A stretch of 64,000 nucleotides of DNA from Candidatus Poribacteria bacterium. Lineage in GTDB: Bacteria; Poribacteria; WGA-4E; B28-G17. A model generated the notes under the pieces. The model saw only the letters and a list, made by a program, of their open reading frames with translations, did not search any database and was not told the DNA's origin. The stretch covers positions 8,372-72,371 of the forward strand of contig JAGGXZ010000003.1 of assembly GCA_021162805.1 (NCBI GenBank), read 5' to 3'. The translations under genes and the position numbers were made by a program. Below, piece after piece: positions 18,156 to 26,899 of this stretch (position 1 is the stretch's first letter; each line of letters begins with the position of its first letter).

Positions 18156-18932
18156 ATGCGAAGGGTTCCGCTAGGAAAAACGGGATTGGCCGTTTCAAGG
18201 TTGGCGATCGGCACGGGGACTAACGGATGGGGATATAACTCCGATCAGACCAGAAGGGGTTTCGACTGGCTGGTCGATCTCCTTAAGCTCGGTTACGATC
18301 TGGGCATCAATTTCTGGGACATGGCCGATCAATACGGATCGCACAAACACGCCAGGGAAGCGCTGAAAGGTATAGATAGGGAGGATATAGTCATAACGAG
18401 CAAGACCACCTCTCGAGATCACGATGCATGCAGTCGGGATGTGGAGAGGTTTCTCAGGGAGATCGGGACGGATTACGTGGATATCGTCCTGCTTCATGCC
18501 AAGAGTTCCGGCGACTGGAACGTAAGCTGTAGGGGAGCGATGGACGCCTTGGCTGAGGCCAAGGAGAAGGGCTTGGTGAGGGCTGTTGGGATCTCATCGC
18601 ACGGGCTCGACGCCCTGAAAACCGCCGCCTCTGAGCCGTGGGTGGACGTCATACTGGTCAGGATCAACTATGCCGGGATCAGGATGGATGCCCCGCCCGA
18701 GCAGGTGATCCCGGTACTGGAGAGAGCCCATAACGCCGGCAAGGGAATATACGCCATGAAAGTTCTCGGCTGCGGTCCGCTCGCATCCGATCCCGAAAAG
18801 GCGATCAAATACGTCCTGAACCTCAAATGTGTCGACGCCATGACGATCGGGCCTACCGAACATGAGCATTTGAGGCAGAACGCGGAGATAATCGAAAGGC
18901 TGGATGGGCAAGTAGATGCATCTGGGAGGTGA
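18156..18932 (+). CDS. aldo/keto reductase
   Basis: 'MRRVPLGKTGLAVSRLAIGTG', 'INFWDMADQYGS' and 'DIVLLH' are AKR motifs. The ATG at 18156 has a GGAGGGGG RBS. The track ORF's upstream extension (17586-18155) is antisense to the lyase gene. Confidence 0.85.
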   Translation: MRRVPLGKTGLAVSRLAIGTGTNGWGYNSDQTRRGFDWLVDLLKLGYDLGINFWDMADQYGSHKHAREALKGIDREDIVITSKTTSRDHDACSRDVERFLREIGTDYVDIVLLHAKSSGDWNVSCRGAMDALAEAKEKGLVRAVGISSHGLDALKTAASEPWVDVILVRINYAGIRMDAPPEQVIPVLERAHNAGKGIYAMKVLGCGPLASDPEKAIKYVLNLKCVDAMTIGPTEHEHLRQNAEIIERLDGQVDASGR

Positions 18933-18938
18933 TCGAAA

Positions 18939-19487
18939 ATGAGGATACTCGGTGTTTCGGGAAGCCCCAGGGAGGGCGGCAACTCCGACACGGCGGTCCG
19001 GAAAGCCCTTCAGATGCTCGAAGATCTGGGGGAAACTAGGTTCATCAGGGTGGCGGATTACAACATAAAACATTGTATCGGATGCAGGGAGTGCATGAAG
19101 CTGATGAGATGTGTCATCGATGACGACGAGTTTCAGCTCGTCTTCGATGAATGGCTTAATTCCGACCTGATCATAATCGGCGATCCGGTCTACTGGCATA
19201 GCCCGCCCGGCGTGATGAAGGATTTCATAGACAGATCCCACGCCGTATATGCCCATACCGATCCCCCGTTCAGGGGTAAGAAGGTGGCACTGATAAGCGT
19301 CGCGACCGGAGGAGGTTTCGAAACGCATGATAAGATCTTCTCCACATGGCTCAGACATTACGGCGCCGAGCTGATCGGTAAGGTCAGACTCTACGCTCAG
19401 GAGAAGGATGATCTGCTGCGTCGCCCCTCACAGATGAATAGGCTTGAGAGCTTCATTTCTGATCTGAGGGGGAAGATCACGGGATGA
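18939..19487 (+). CDS. flavodoxin-like fold NADPH-dependent FMN reductase / iron-sulfur flavoprotein-like
   Basis: 'MRILGVSGSPREGGNS', 'CIGCRECMKLMRC' and 'IIGDPVYWHSPPGVMKDFIDR' give an Isf/NADPH-FMN reductase pattern. Confidence 0.75.
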   Translation: MRILGVSGSPREGGNSDTAVRKALQMLEDLGETRFIRVADYNIKHCIGCRECMKLMRCVIDDDEFQLVFDEWLNSDLIIIGDPVYWHSPPGVMKDFIDRSHAVYAHTDPPFRGKKVALISVATGGGFETHDKIFSTWLRHYGAELIGKVRLYAQEKDDLLRRPSQMNRLESFISDLRGKITG

Positions 19488-19843
19488 AGGTGCTGATTGG
19501 CATAGGGAACGAACTCGGCGGCGACGACGCCGTTGGGCTCTATGTGGCCAAACTGATAGACGGGGAAAACGGCTGGATCGGATTCCGATGCGGGACAGCG
19601 CCCGAGAATTTCATCGGCAAGATCGAAAGGCTCGATCCTGAACTCGTGGTTCTGGTGGACGCCGCGGAGATGGGGATCGAACCCGGGGAGTTCAGGGAGA
19701 TCGAACCGGAATATGCCGATACGATCTTCGCTAGCACCCATTCCATCCCAATCTCCTTCCTCCTTAAATGGCTGAGACAGTCTGTCGGTAAGGTGTTCCT
19801 CATCGGAATCCAGGCCAAATCGTTCAATATAGCGGCCCGCTAA
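19484..19843 (+). CDS. hydrogenase maturation endopeptidase (HycI/HybD/FrhD-like), 3' end apparently frameshifted
   Basis: 'VLIGIGNELGGDDAVGLYV', 'VVLVDAAEMG', 'STHSIP'. The conserved tail 'GPLSDEVRKGAKRLVEAL' is encoded in another frame at 19834-19929. Confidence 0.7.
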   Translation: MKVLIGIGNELGGDDAVGLYVAKLIDGENGWIGFRCGTAPENFIGKIERLDPELVVLVDAAEMGIEPGEFREIEPEYADTIFASTHSIPISFLLKWLRQSVGKVFLIGIQAKSFNIAAR

Positions 19844-19953
19844 GCGATGAGGTGAGAAAGGGGGCGAAGAGGCTGGTCGAGGCTTTAACCGAGGGCTTCC
19901 CGCCGATCGACCGCTATGTATGTCAATAGAAACCCTCTGAGCGGGCTGGCGGG

Positions 19954-19982
19954 TTGACTTTCACAATGAAATAGTGTATCCT
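19954..19982 (+). promoter_or_regulatory. candidate promoter TTGACT-N17-TATCCT
   Basis: TTGACT at 19954-19959, 17-nt spacer, TATCCT at 19977-19982. It lies about 40 nt upstream of the activase start. Confidence 0.4.
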
Positions 19983-20022
19983 TTGCTATGACCAGAGGAA
20001 ATCTGATCGGACAGGTGTGAAG

Positions 20023-23000
20023 ATGGTTAACCTTGGAATCGACGTGGGGTCGATAAGCGTCAAAGTTGCCGTTGTAGGAGATAAGGAGGATCGGGAGCTA
20101 TTTAGAAAGATCGATGAAAACAGCTATAACCTTTCCTTGGTGAATAACTCCTTTATCGACAGACCAATTTTGATATCATCCTACCGGAGGATAAAGGGGG
20201 AACCGCTTAAGGTAACGTTTGAAATACTTGATGAGATATATAAGCTCATCCCCGAAATTCAGGGGGTAAGGGTGACAGGAGTAGCTGCAAAGCTGGTGGC
20301 TGATCTGCTGAACGCCCCCGTGGAGAACGATTTCAAAGCTGTAGCCGTGGGAGTCGGCATGCTCTACCCTGAGGTTAGAACGATTTTCGAGATGGGGGGT
20401 GACATATCGAAGTATATACTTATAGATCGTGACTCCTTCGGCAGGATAGGGATCTTGGATTACGAGAAGAACGGAGAGTGTGCGGCCGGAACCGGATCTT
20501 TCATAGATCAACAGGCATCCAGGCTCAAATATGACGTCGAAGAGGTCGGAGATATCGTCCTCAAGGCCGGAAAGCCTCCCACCATAGCCGGAAGATGCTC
20601 GGTGTTCGCCAAATCGGATATGATCCACGCTCAGCAGAGGGGATATCAGCCCCCTGAGATCCTTAAAGGGCTATGTGAGGCGGTGGTGCGTAATTTCAAA
20701 GGGACTATAGTCAAGGGCAAAAAGGTGATCCCGAAGGTGATCTTTATAGGAGGGGTCGCAGCGAATAAGGGCGTCGCCCTCGCTATGAAGGAGGCGTTCA
20801 AGCTTTCGGACGAGGAGTTCTTCGTGCCCGAATATTACGCCTGGATGGGAGCGATCGGAGCCGCTCTGATCGAAGCGGAGAACGAGGAGAAGACGGAGCT
20901 TAGGGGAATTGAGACCCTGGAATTTCACTCAAGAAAACAGCGTTCCGATTTCCCCACCATGCCCCCGCTATCGATGGAAAAGGTTATCCTGCTGAGGGAT
21001 AGGGTCAAACCGTACTCCTTTGAGGGCAAGAGTTTGCCCGTGGACGCCTATCTGGGAGTGGACGTCGGATCGGTAAGCACCAACTTCGCCGTACTGGATG
21101 AAAACGGCGATCTGATCATGGAGATCTACACCCGGACCCAGTCCAGACCGATAGAGGTTGTCAGTGAGGGACTGAGGGAGATCGAGAGGAAGATAGGGGA
21201 TAAAATCAGGATCAGAGGTGTGGGAACGACCGGATCGGGCAGGGAGTTGATCGGAAAGCTCATAGGGGCCGATATCATCAAGGACGAGATCACGGCGCAC
21301 AAAACGGGGGCGACCTTCGTCGGGGAGAGGCTGATAAACCGCACGCCGGATACCATATTCGAGATCGGAGGACAGGATTCCAAGTTCATCAGCATCCAGG
21401 AGGGGATAGTCGTCGATTTCACCATGAACGAGGCATGCGCCGCCGGGACGGGCTCGTTCCTTGAGGAACAGGCTGAGAGGATGGGCATAAACATCGTTGG
21501 GGAGTTCGCCCAGCTGGCCCTCAGCTCTAAATCCCCTATCAGGCTCGGAGAAAGGTGCACCGTCTTCATGGAGAAGGAGATCGGGCCGTATCTACAGCGG
21601 GGGGCGACGAAGGAGGATCTCTGCGCCGGATTGGCCTATTCGATCGCCATAAACTACCTGAACCGAGTCGTTCGAGGTCGGAAGATAGGGGATAGGATCT
21701 TCTTCCAGGGCGGAACGGCCTATAACGATTCGGTCGCGGCCGCCTTCGCCACCCTACTGGATAAGGAGATCATCGTCCCACCGTATAACGGCGTCATAGG
21801 CGCCATCGGCGCGGCGCTCCTGGCGATGGAGAAGGTCAAGGCCTTCAAGACTGAGACGAAGTTCAGGGGGTTTGATCTGAGCAAGGTGAAATATGAGCTG
21901 AGGGTGTTCACCTGTAGGGGATGCTCGAATTTCTGCGAGATCCAGCAGTTTAAGGTCGAGAACGAGGTGACTTATTGGGGCGATAAGTGTTCCGATAGAT
22001 ACAGGAAACACATCAAGAGCGAACGCGAGCCGGTTATCCCCGATATAATGAAAGCGCGGCAGGAGCTGCTCCTCCGCGAATATGAGCCGGATAAACATGA
22101 TGGAGCTAAAATCGGATTCCCAAGGGCCATGTATTTCTACGACAGGTTCCCCTTCTGGGCCAAGCTGTTAGATGAGCTCGGCCTTAACCCGGTTATCTCT
22201 GATCCCACCAACAGGAAGATCACCAAGGCCGGGGTGGATTCCGCCGTAGCTGAGCCCTGTTTCCCGATCAAGGTCGCCCATGGCCATGTGGCTGATCTTC
22301 TGGATAAGGGTGTGGATTTCGTCCTAATCCCCAACGTCATCAACGTCGAAACGGAGTTTCCAGAGGTCAACTCCCATCTCTGTCCCTGGGGTCAGACGAT
22401 GACCTATGTCATCGGCCATTCGCCCCTTATGGAGGGCAGGGAGGAGATGATACTGAGGCCCAGGATACATTTCCGCGACGGAATGGAGAAGGTGAAGAGG
22501 GAGATATACGAGGGTTTATCGCGCCGGTTCAAGATATCGCGTAGGCGATCCGACAGAGCGGTCGAGGCCGCATATGAGGCTCAGCGCAGATTCGAAGAGG
22601 ACCTCCTCAAGATCGGAATCGAAGCGATCGAGAAGCTGGAGGAGACAGGTGAGCTCGGCATCATCCTGATAGGCAGGCCTTATAACATCAACGACAGCGG
22701 CATCAACCTGGACGTGCCCAGGAAGCTCCGCGATTACTACGGCGTAAACGTCATCCCGTATGATGCCCTGCCGCTTAAGGGGATAGACATAAGCGACGTC
22801 AACGATAACATGTACTGGAACTACGGGCGTAGGATACTGCAGGCTGCCAAATTCGTTCGGGATCGCCAGAATCTGCATTTGATCTACATCACCAATTTCA
22901 AGTGTGGTCCGGATTCATATATCAAACACTTCGTCTTCGACGCCTCAGGTAAACCATATCTCACCCTTCAGTTGGATGAGCACGCCAACGATGCCGGGAT

Positions 23001-23073
23001 AATCACAAGGATCGAGGCATATCTGGATAGTAAGGGATTCCTGAGATGGTGGGCCAGGGAGAAGGTGGCGTGA
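20023..23073 (+). CDS. BcrAD/BadFG-family double ATPase ('CoA-substrate-specific enzyme activase') fused to a Cys-rich DUF2229-type region
   Basis: There are two actin-fold ATPase modules ('LGIDVGSISVKVAVV'...'ECAAGTGSFIDQQA' and 'LGVDVGSVSTNFAV'...'EACAAGTGSFLEEQA'). These are followed by 'FTCRGCSNFCEI' and 'AEPCFPIKVAHGHV'. I use the ATG at 20023 (AGGTG RBS) rather than the GTG at 20017. Confidence 0.85.
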   Translation: MVNLGIDVGSISVKVAVVGDKEDRELFRKIDENSYNLSLVNNSFIDRPILISSYRRIKGEPLKVTFEILDEIYKLIPEIQGVRVTGVAAKLVADLLNAPVENDFKAVAVGVGMLYPEVRTIFEMGGDISKYILIDRDSFGRIGILDYEKNGECAAGTGSFIDQQASRLKYDVEEVGDIVLKAGKPPTIAGRCSVFAKSDMIHAQQRGYQPPEILKGLCEAVVRNFKGTIVKGKKVIPKVIFIGGVAANKGVALAMKEAFKLSDEEFFVPEYYAWMGAIGAALIEAENEEKTELRGIETLEFHSRKQRSDFPTMPPLSMEKVILLRDRVKPYSFEGKSLPVDAYLGVDVGSVSTNFAVLDENGDLIMEIYTRTQSRPIEVVSEGLREIERKIGDKIRIRGVGTTGSGRELIGKLIGADIIKDEITAHKTGATFVGERLINRTPDTIFEIGGQDSKFISIQEGIVVDFTMNEACAAGTGSFLEEQAERMGINIVGEFAQLALSSKSPIRLGERCTVFMEKEIGPYLQRGATKEDLCAGLAYSIAINYLNRVVRGRKIGDRIFFQGGTAYNDSVAAAFATLLDKEIIVPPYNGVIGAIGAALLAMEKVKAFKTETKFRGFDLSKVKYELRVFTCRGCSNFCEIQQFKVENEVTYWGDKCSDRYRKHIKSEREPVIPDIMKARQELLLREYEPDKHDGAKIGFPRAMYFYDRFPFWAKLLDELGLNPVISDPTNRKITKAGVDSAVAEPCFPIKVAHGHVADLLDKGVDFVLIPNVINVETEFPEVNSHLCPWGQTMTYVIGHSPLMEGREEMILRPRIHFRDGMEKVKREIYEGLSRRFKISRRRSDRAVEAAYEAQRRFEEDLLKIGIEAIEKLEETGELGIILIGRPYNINDSGINLDVPRKLRDYYGVNVIPYDALPLKGIDISDVNDNMYWNYGRRILQAAKFVRDRQNLHLIYITNFKCGPDSYIKHFVFDASGKPYLTLQLDEHANDAGIITRIEAYLDSKGFLRWWAREKVA

Positions 23074-23081
23074 GATAGGTC

Positions 23082-23945
23082 ATGAATACGCTGAAGATTT
23101 ACGACGAGCTGAAAGATGCTCTGGGTGAACAAGCTGCTAGGGCTATAGCCAGGGTGATAGGCGATCTATATGAGTCGGAGCTTCTCAGATTGAGAGAGGG
23201 TTTCGAGAAGCTGATAGAATCTCATAGGCAGAGCCTCGGCAGATTGGATAGGATAGAGCAAAGCATTGGAGAACTGGCGGAGGCACAGAGGAAAACTGAG
23301 GAGAGGCTGGAGGAACTGGCTGCAAGAGTGGATACGCTGGCTGAAGCGCAGAGGAGGACTGAACAAAGGGTTGAGGAGCTGGCGGAGGCACAGAGGAAAA
23401 CTGAGGAGAGATTAGAAAACCTTGCTGCAAGAGTGGATGCGCTGGCGGAGGCGCAGAAGAGAACCGATCGGAAGGTCGAGGAATTAGCCGAAGCTCAAAG
23501 AAGGACTGAGGAGGAGCTGAGAAAGCTGGCAGCAGCCCAAAGGGAGACGAGAAGGCAATTGGGAGGACTCGCTCACACGGTGGGATACAGGCTGGAGGAC
23601 GAAGCGTTCAAAGCTTTGCCGAAGCTGTTGGGAAGGGATCTGGGAGCCAAGCTCGTAGGGAGACTGAAGAGGGATTATATCGAGATCGCACCCGATAGAT
23701 ACGTCGAGATCAACATACTCGGCAGGGCGGTCAAAGATAGTAAGGAGTTCGTCATCATAGGGGAGGCGAAGAGCCAACTGAGAAAAAGGGATGTGGATGG
23801 ATTTATCAAAAGGTGTGAGGGATTGAAGCGATTTCTTGGGGAGGATCAGATCAGGGTTTTGGTCGTCTACCAGGCACCACCTCAGGTTCAGAGGTATGTT
23901 AGGGAAAAGGGAATCATGCTCTACTTCTCCTATGATTTCAGCTAG
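23082..23945 (+). CDS. coiled-coil repeat + PD-(D/E)xK-like protein (paralog 2)
   Basis: 287 aa with repeated 'LAEAQR(K/R)TEERLE.LAARVD.LAEAQ.RT...VEE', then 'YVEINILGRAVKDSKEFVIIGEAKSQLRKRDVDGF' (E...E-x-K core). It lies 8 nt after the previous stop and 14 nt before the next start. Confidence 0.8.
   Translation: MNTLKIYDELKDALGEQAARAIARVIGDLYESELLRLREGFEKLIESHRQSLGRLDRIEQSIGELAEAQRKTEERLEELAARVDTLAEAQRRTEQRVEELAEAQRKTEERLENLAARVDALAEAQKRTDRKVEELAEAQRRTEEELRKLAAAQRETRRQLGGLAHTVGYRLEDEAFKALPKLLGRDLGAKLVGRLKRDYIEIAPDRYVEINILGRAVKDSKEFVIIGEAKSQLRKRDVDGFIKRCEGLKRFLGEDQIRVLVVYQAPPQVQRYVREKGIMLYFSYDFS
23276..23485 (+). repeat. in-frame 105-bp (35-aa) tandem duplication inside paralog 2
   Basis: 'ggcggaggcacagaggaaaactgaggagag' recurs at 23276 and 23381, an offset of 105 nt. 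A third, more diverged unit follows. Confidence 0.6.
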
Positions 23946-23959
23946 AGGAGGATTTCATA

Positions 23960-25297
23960 ATGGCTAAGCTGTCCAGAGAGGAGAAGAGATTGGAGAAGCT
24001 TCTACGGAAGAGGATGCTGGCCGAGCAGAGGGCCGAGCTCAGAAGGCGTAAGGTCTATATCCCTCAGATGAACTACCCAGGATCGAGAGCATTGGCGGCC
24101 GTTTTGAGATCCGCCGGGATAGATGCCGATGTGTCGCCCGACGACACGAGGAAGGCCATAGACCTCGCCGGAAGGTATCTCTCCGGCGATGAGTGTCTTC
24201 CGGAGAAGATCACGCTGGGCGGACTTCTCAAGGTTCTGATGGAGGAGGGCGTGGACCCCGGCAAGGTCGCCTTTTTCATGCCGACGGCCGGCGGGCCGTG
24301 CAGGTTCGGACAGTACAGGGTCCTCGTCAAGAAGATACTGGACGATCTAGGTTACAGGGATGTGCTGATCGTATCGCCATCGAGCAAGGACGGATACAGG
24401 GGAATAGCGGAGGCGTCGACCGAGCTGATCCGAACGGCATGGTGGGCGGTCGTCGCTTCGGATACGCTCATGAAGATGCTTCACAGAACCAGGCCATACG
24501 AGGTAAACAAGGGCGATACAGATGAGGTCTTCGAAAGGGGAACCGAGCTTATATGTAAGGTGTTAGAGCAGAGGATACCGCTCAAGGAGAAATTCAACCT
24601 GCTCAGGCAGACAATGGAACAGATCAGAGATGAGTTCAGAGCCATTCCGGCCATATACGATCCCGAAAGGCCGCTCATCGGCGTCGTGGGCGAGATATTC
24701 TGTAGGATGAACGTGCTGAGCAACGAGGATCTGATACGAAAAGTTGAGGAGTTGGGCGGAGAATGCTGGCTGTCGGATGTGTCTGAGTGGATATGGTATA
24801 CGAACAGGGAGACGATCAAGAGGATAATCGACGCGGGCAAGAGGTTCTCGGTGGATATGATCATAGAGAAGATAAAGGCACGGATACAACGCCGGGATGA
24901 GCATCTCCTGCTTGAGCCTTTTAAGGAGGATCTGCGCGGCTATGAGGAGCCGGATGACATCAACGTGATCCTGGAGGCAGGACTGCCATATCTGCCTGTG
25001 GACGGCGCCTTGGGCGAGATGGTTCTCAGCGTCGGCAAGGCCGTATATCTCTATCGCAAGGGCGCCGACGGCATAATCGATATCAGCCCCTTTACCTGCA
25101 TGAACGGCATCGCCTCCGAAGCGGTATACCCGCATCTCAGCCGCGATCACGACAACATCCCCATAAAGAACTTCTACTTCGACGGCACGCTGACCGATCT
25201 GGAGAGGGATCTCAGCATTTTCCTGGAACTGGCCCGAAACTATCAGAAGCGAAAAAAGGTGAAAAGGGTCTATCCGAAATGCTTCGGGGTGAGCTGA
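23960..25297 (+). CDS. activase-related / 2-hydroxyacyl-CoA-dehydratase-like (DUF2229-type) protein
   Basis: 445 aa with '[15 protein letters not shown]', '[15 protein letters not shown]' and 'ISPFTCMNG'. These are typical of the C-terminal part of the long activase polypeptides. A GAGGAGG RBS is present. Confidence 0.75.
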   Translation: MAKLSREEKRLEKLLRKRMLAEQRAELRRRKVYIPQMNYPGSRALAAVLRSAGIDADVSPDDTRKAIDLAGRYLSGDECLPEKITLGGLLKVLMEEGVDPGKVAFFMPTAGGPCRFGQYRVLVKKILDDLGYRDVLIVSPSSKDGYRGIAEASTELIRTAWWAVVASDTLMKMLHRTRPYEVNKGDTDEVFERGTELICKVLEQRIPLKEKFNLLRQTMEQIRDEFRAIPAIYDPERPLIGVVGEIFCRMNVLSNEDLIRKVEELGGECWLSDVSEWIWYTNRETIKRIIDAGKRFSVDMIIEKIKARIQRRDEHLLLEPFKEDLRGYEEPDDINVILEAGLPYLPVDGALGEMVLSVGKAVYLYRKGADGIIDISPFTCMNGIASEAVYPHLSRDHDNIPIKNFYFDGTLTDLERDLSIFLELARNYQKRKKVKRVYPKCFGVS

Positions 25298-26106
25298 GAA
25301 GACCGCCCGTCGCCATGACGATAGCCGGATCTGACTCAGGTGGCGGGGCGGGAATACAGGCCGATCTGAAGACCTTCGCCTCCATCGGCGTCTTCGGCTG
25401 CTCGGTGATCACCTCGCTCACCGCTCAGAACACCAAGGAGGTCTTGTCGATATATGACCTCCCTCCCCACTTCATCGCCTTACAGTTCGACGCTGTCCTA
25501 AGCGACATACCGGTCGACGCGGCCAAGACTGGAATGCTCTCACGGGCTGAGACGATCGAGACGGTCGTCGGGAAGATAGGCCAGTATGGGATCACAAAGC
25601 TGGTGGTTGATCCGGTGATGGTCGCCACAAGCGGGGATAGGCTCCTGAGCCGGGATGCCGAAAGGACGCTCGTCGATAAACTTCTGCCGATGGCGACGAT
25701 CGTCACGCCGAATCTCCTTGAGGCCGAGGTTCTGAGCGGCGTGAGGATCAGATCCATCGACGATATGAGATCGGCGGCCGAGAGGATAAAGATCCTCGGC
25801 CCTAAATTCGTCCTCATAAAGGGCGGACATCTGGGGGAAGGGCAGAACGGAGATGCCGTGGATATCCTATACGATGGCGCGGAGTTCCACGAGATCAGAT
25901 CGAATAGGGTGAAAACCGATAGATTACATGGGGCGGGCTGCACCCTCTCATCCGCCATCACGGCATATCTGGCCATGGGATACGAACCGATTGAAAGCGT
26001 GAATTTGGCCAAAAGATACATCCATCGCGCCATCCTCGGCGCCATGAGGATCGGCTCCGGTGGACTCGTACTTGAGTGGAGGGGAGGTTATGAAGAGGAT
26101 AACTGA
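25279..26106 (+). CDS. thiD: hydroxymethylpyrimidine / phosphomethylpyrimidine kinase
   Basis: '[19 protein letters not shown]', '[12 protein letters not shown]', '[11 protein letters not shown]'. An alternative start at 25315 is possible. Confidence 0.9.
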   Translation: MLRGELRRPPVAMTIAGSDSGGGAGIQADLKTFASIGVFGCSVITSLTAQNTKEVLSIYDLPPHFIALQFDAVLSDIPVDAAKTGMLSRAETIETVVGKIGQYGITKLVVDPVMVATSGDRLLSRDAERTLVDKLLPMATIVTPNLLEAEVLSGVRIRSIDDMRSAAERIKILGPKFVLIKGGHLGEGQNGDAVDILYDGAEFHEIRSNRVKTDRLHGAGCTLSSAITAYLAMGYEPIESVNLAKRYIHRAILGAMRIGSGGLVLEWRGGYEEDN

Positions 26107-26899
26107 GCGCATATGGGTGGAGACCGAATATGAGGGCGCTAACGTCGGCTTCATCCTGACGCAAAAGGGAGTTATATGCGTCGAAAGCCCGATGTCCCCG
26201 CCGGATATCAGGGATTGGATCTCCAAGATCAGATCGATAACGGAGGCCGAGATCGCCTACGTGATAAGCACCGATCACCACTTCGACCACTCCATCGGCG
26301 ATTGGCTCCTCGGCGGCAAGGTCATAATGCACGAATCCTGCCTCGAAGGACTAAGCGAGGTGAGGGAGAACTTCAGGGAATTGTTCAGACACTTCTTCGA
26401 GTGGAAATACGAGGAGGTCAAGGAGGAGCTGGAGGAGATCAGAGTTGAGGAGCCGGATATCACCTTCTCCGAAAAGCTCTCGCTGCTGTGCGGCGATGTG
26501 ACGGTGGAGGTAGTTCATATAGGCGGTCATTGCGAGGGGACCAGCTACGTCTATGTGCCGCAGGAGAGGGTGCTCTTCACGGGCGACGCCGTCTCGATCG
26601 GACAGCATCCATACCTGGGGGATGCCCTCTTCGACGATTGGATCAGAGGGTTGGAGAGGATGATGGAGCTCGATGTGAGGTATCTGGTGCCAGGCCACGG
26701 GGAGGTCGGCGATAAATCGGACATCGAAAGGCTATTGCGTTTCTTCGAGATGATGGGGGAGAACGTCGAGAGAGGTAAGGAGGATATCGAAGCGTTATAT
26801 AACTTCTACCCGGTCCGTCCCGAAAGGAGGGAGATGCTGAAGGATTGGCTGAGGGATGGACTAAGAAGGATGAGGGAACAGAGGGAAGGTAATGAGTGA
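26090..26899 (+). CDS. MBL-fold metallo-hydrolase
   Basis: 'ISTDHHFDHSIGD' (HxHxDH) and 'VPGHG'. I prefer the ATG at 26090, preceded by GGAGGGGAGG, over the track's GTG at 26060. Confidence 0.8.
   Translation: MKRITERIWVETEYEGANVGFILTQKGVICVESPMSPPDIRDWISKIRSITEAEIAYVISTDHHFDHSIGDWLLGGKVIMHESCLEGLSEVRENFRELFRHFFEWKYEEVKEELEEIRVEEPDITFSEKLSLLCGDVTVEVVHIGGHCEGTSYVYVPQERVLFTGDAVSIGQHPYLGDALFDDWIRGLERMMELDVRYLVPGHGEVGDKSDIERLLRFFEMMGENVERGKEDIEALYNFYPVRPERREMLKDWLRDGLRRMREQREGNE

Noticed and set aside
18594-19358. 254-aa minus-strand ORF
   Set aside because: It spans the junction of the aldo/keto reductase and flavoprotein genes on the opposite strand, and both sense genes have strong motifs and RBSs.
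24563-25150. 195-aa minus-strand ORF, and the similar 25425-26045 (206 aa), 58181-58903 (240 aa) and 60115-60885 (256 aa)
   Set aside because: All are antisense to genes with unambiguous family motifs (activase-related, thiD, GH3, galT/TonB-family), and none shows motifs or an RBS.
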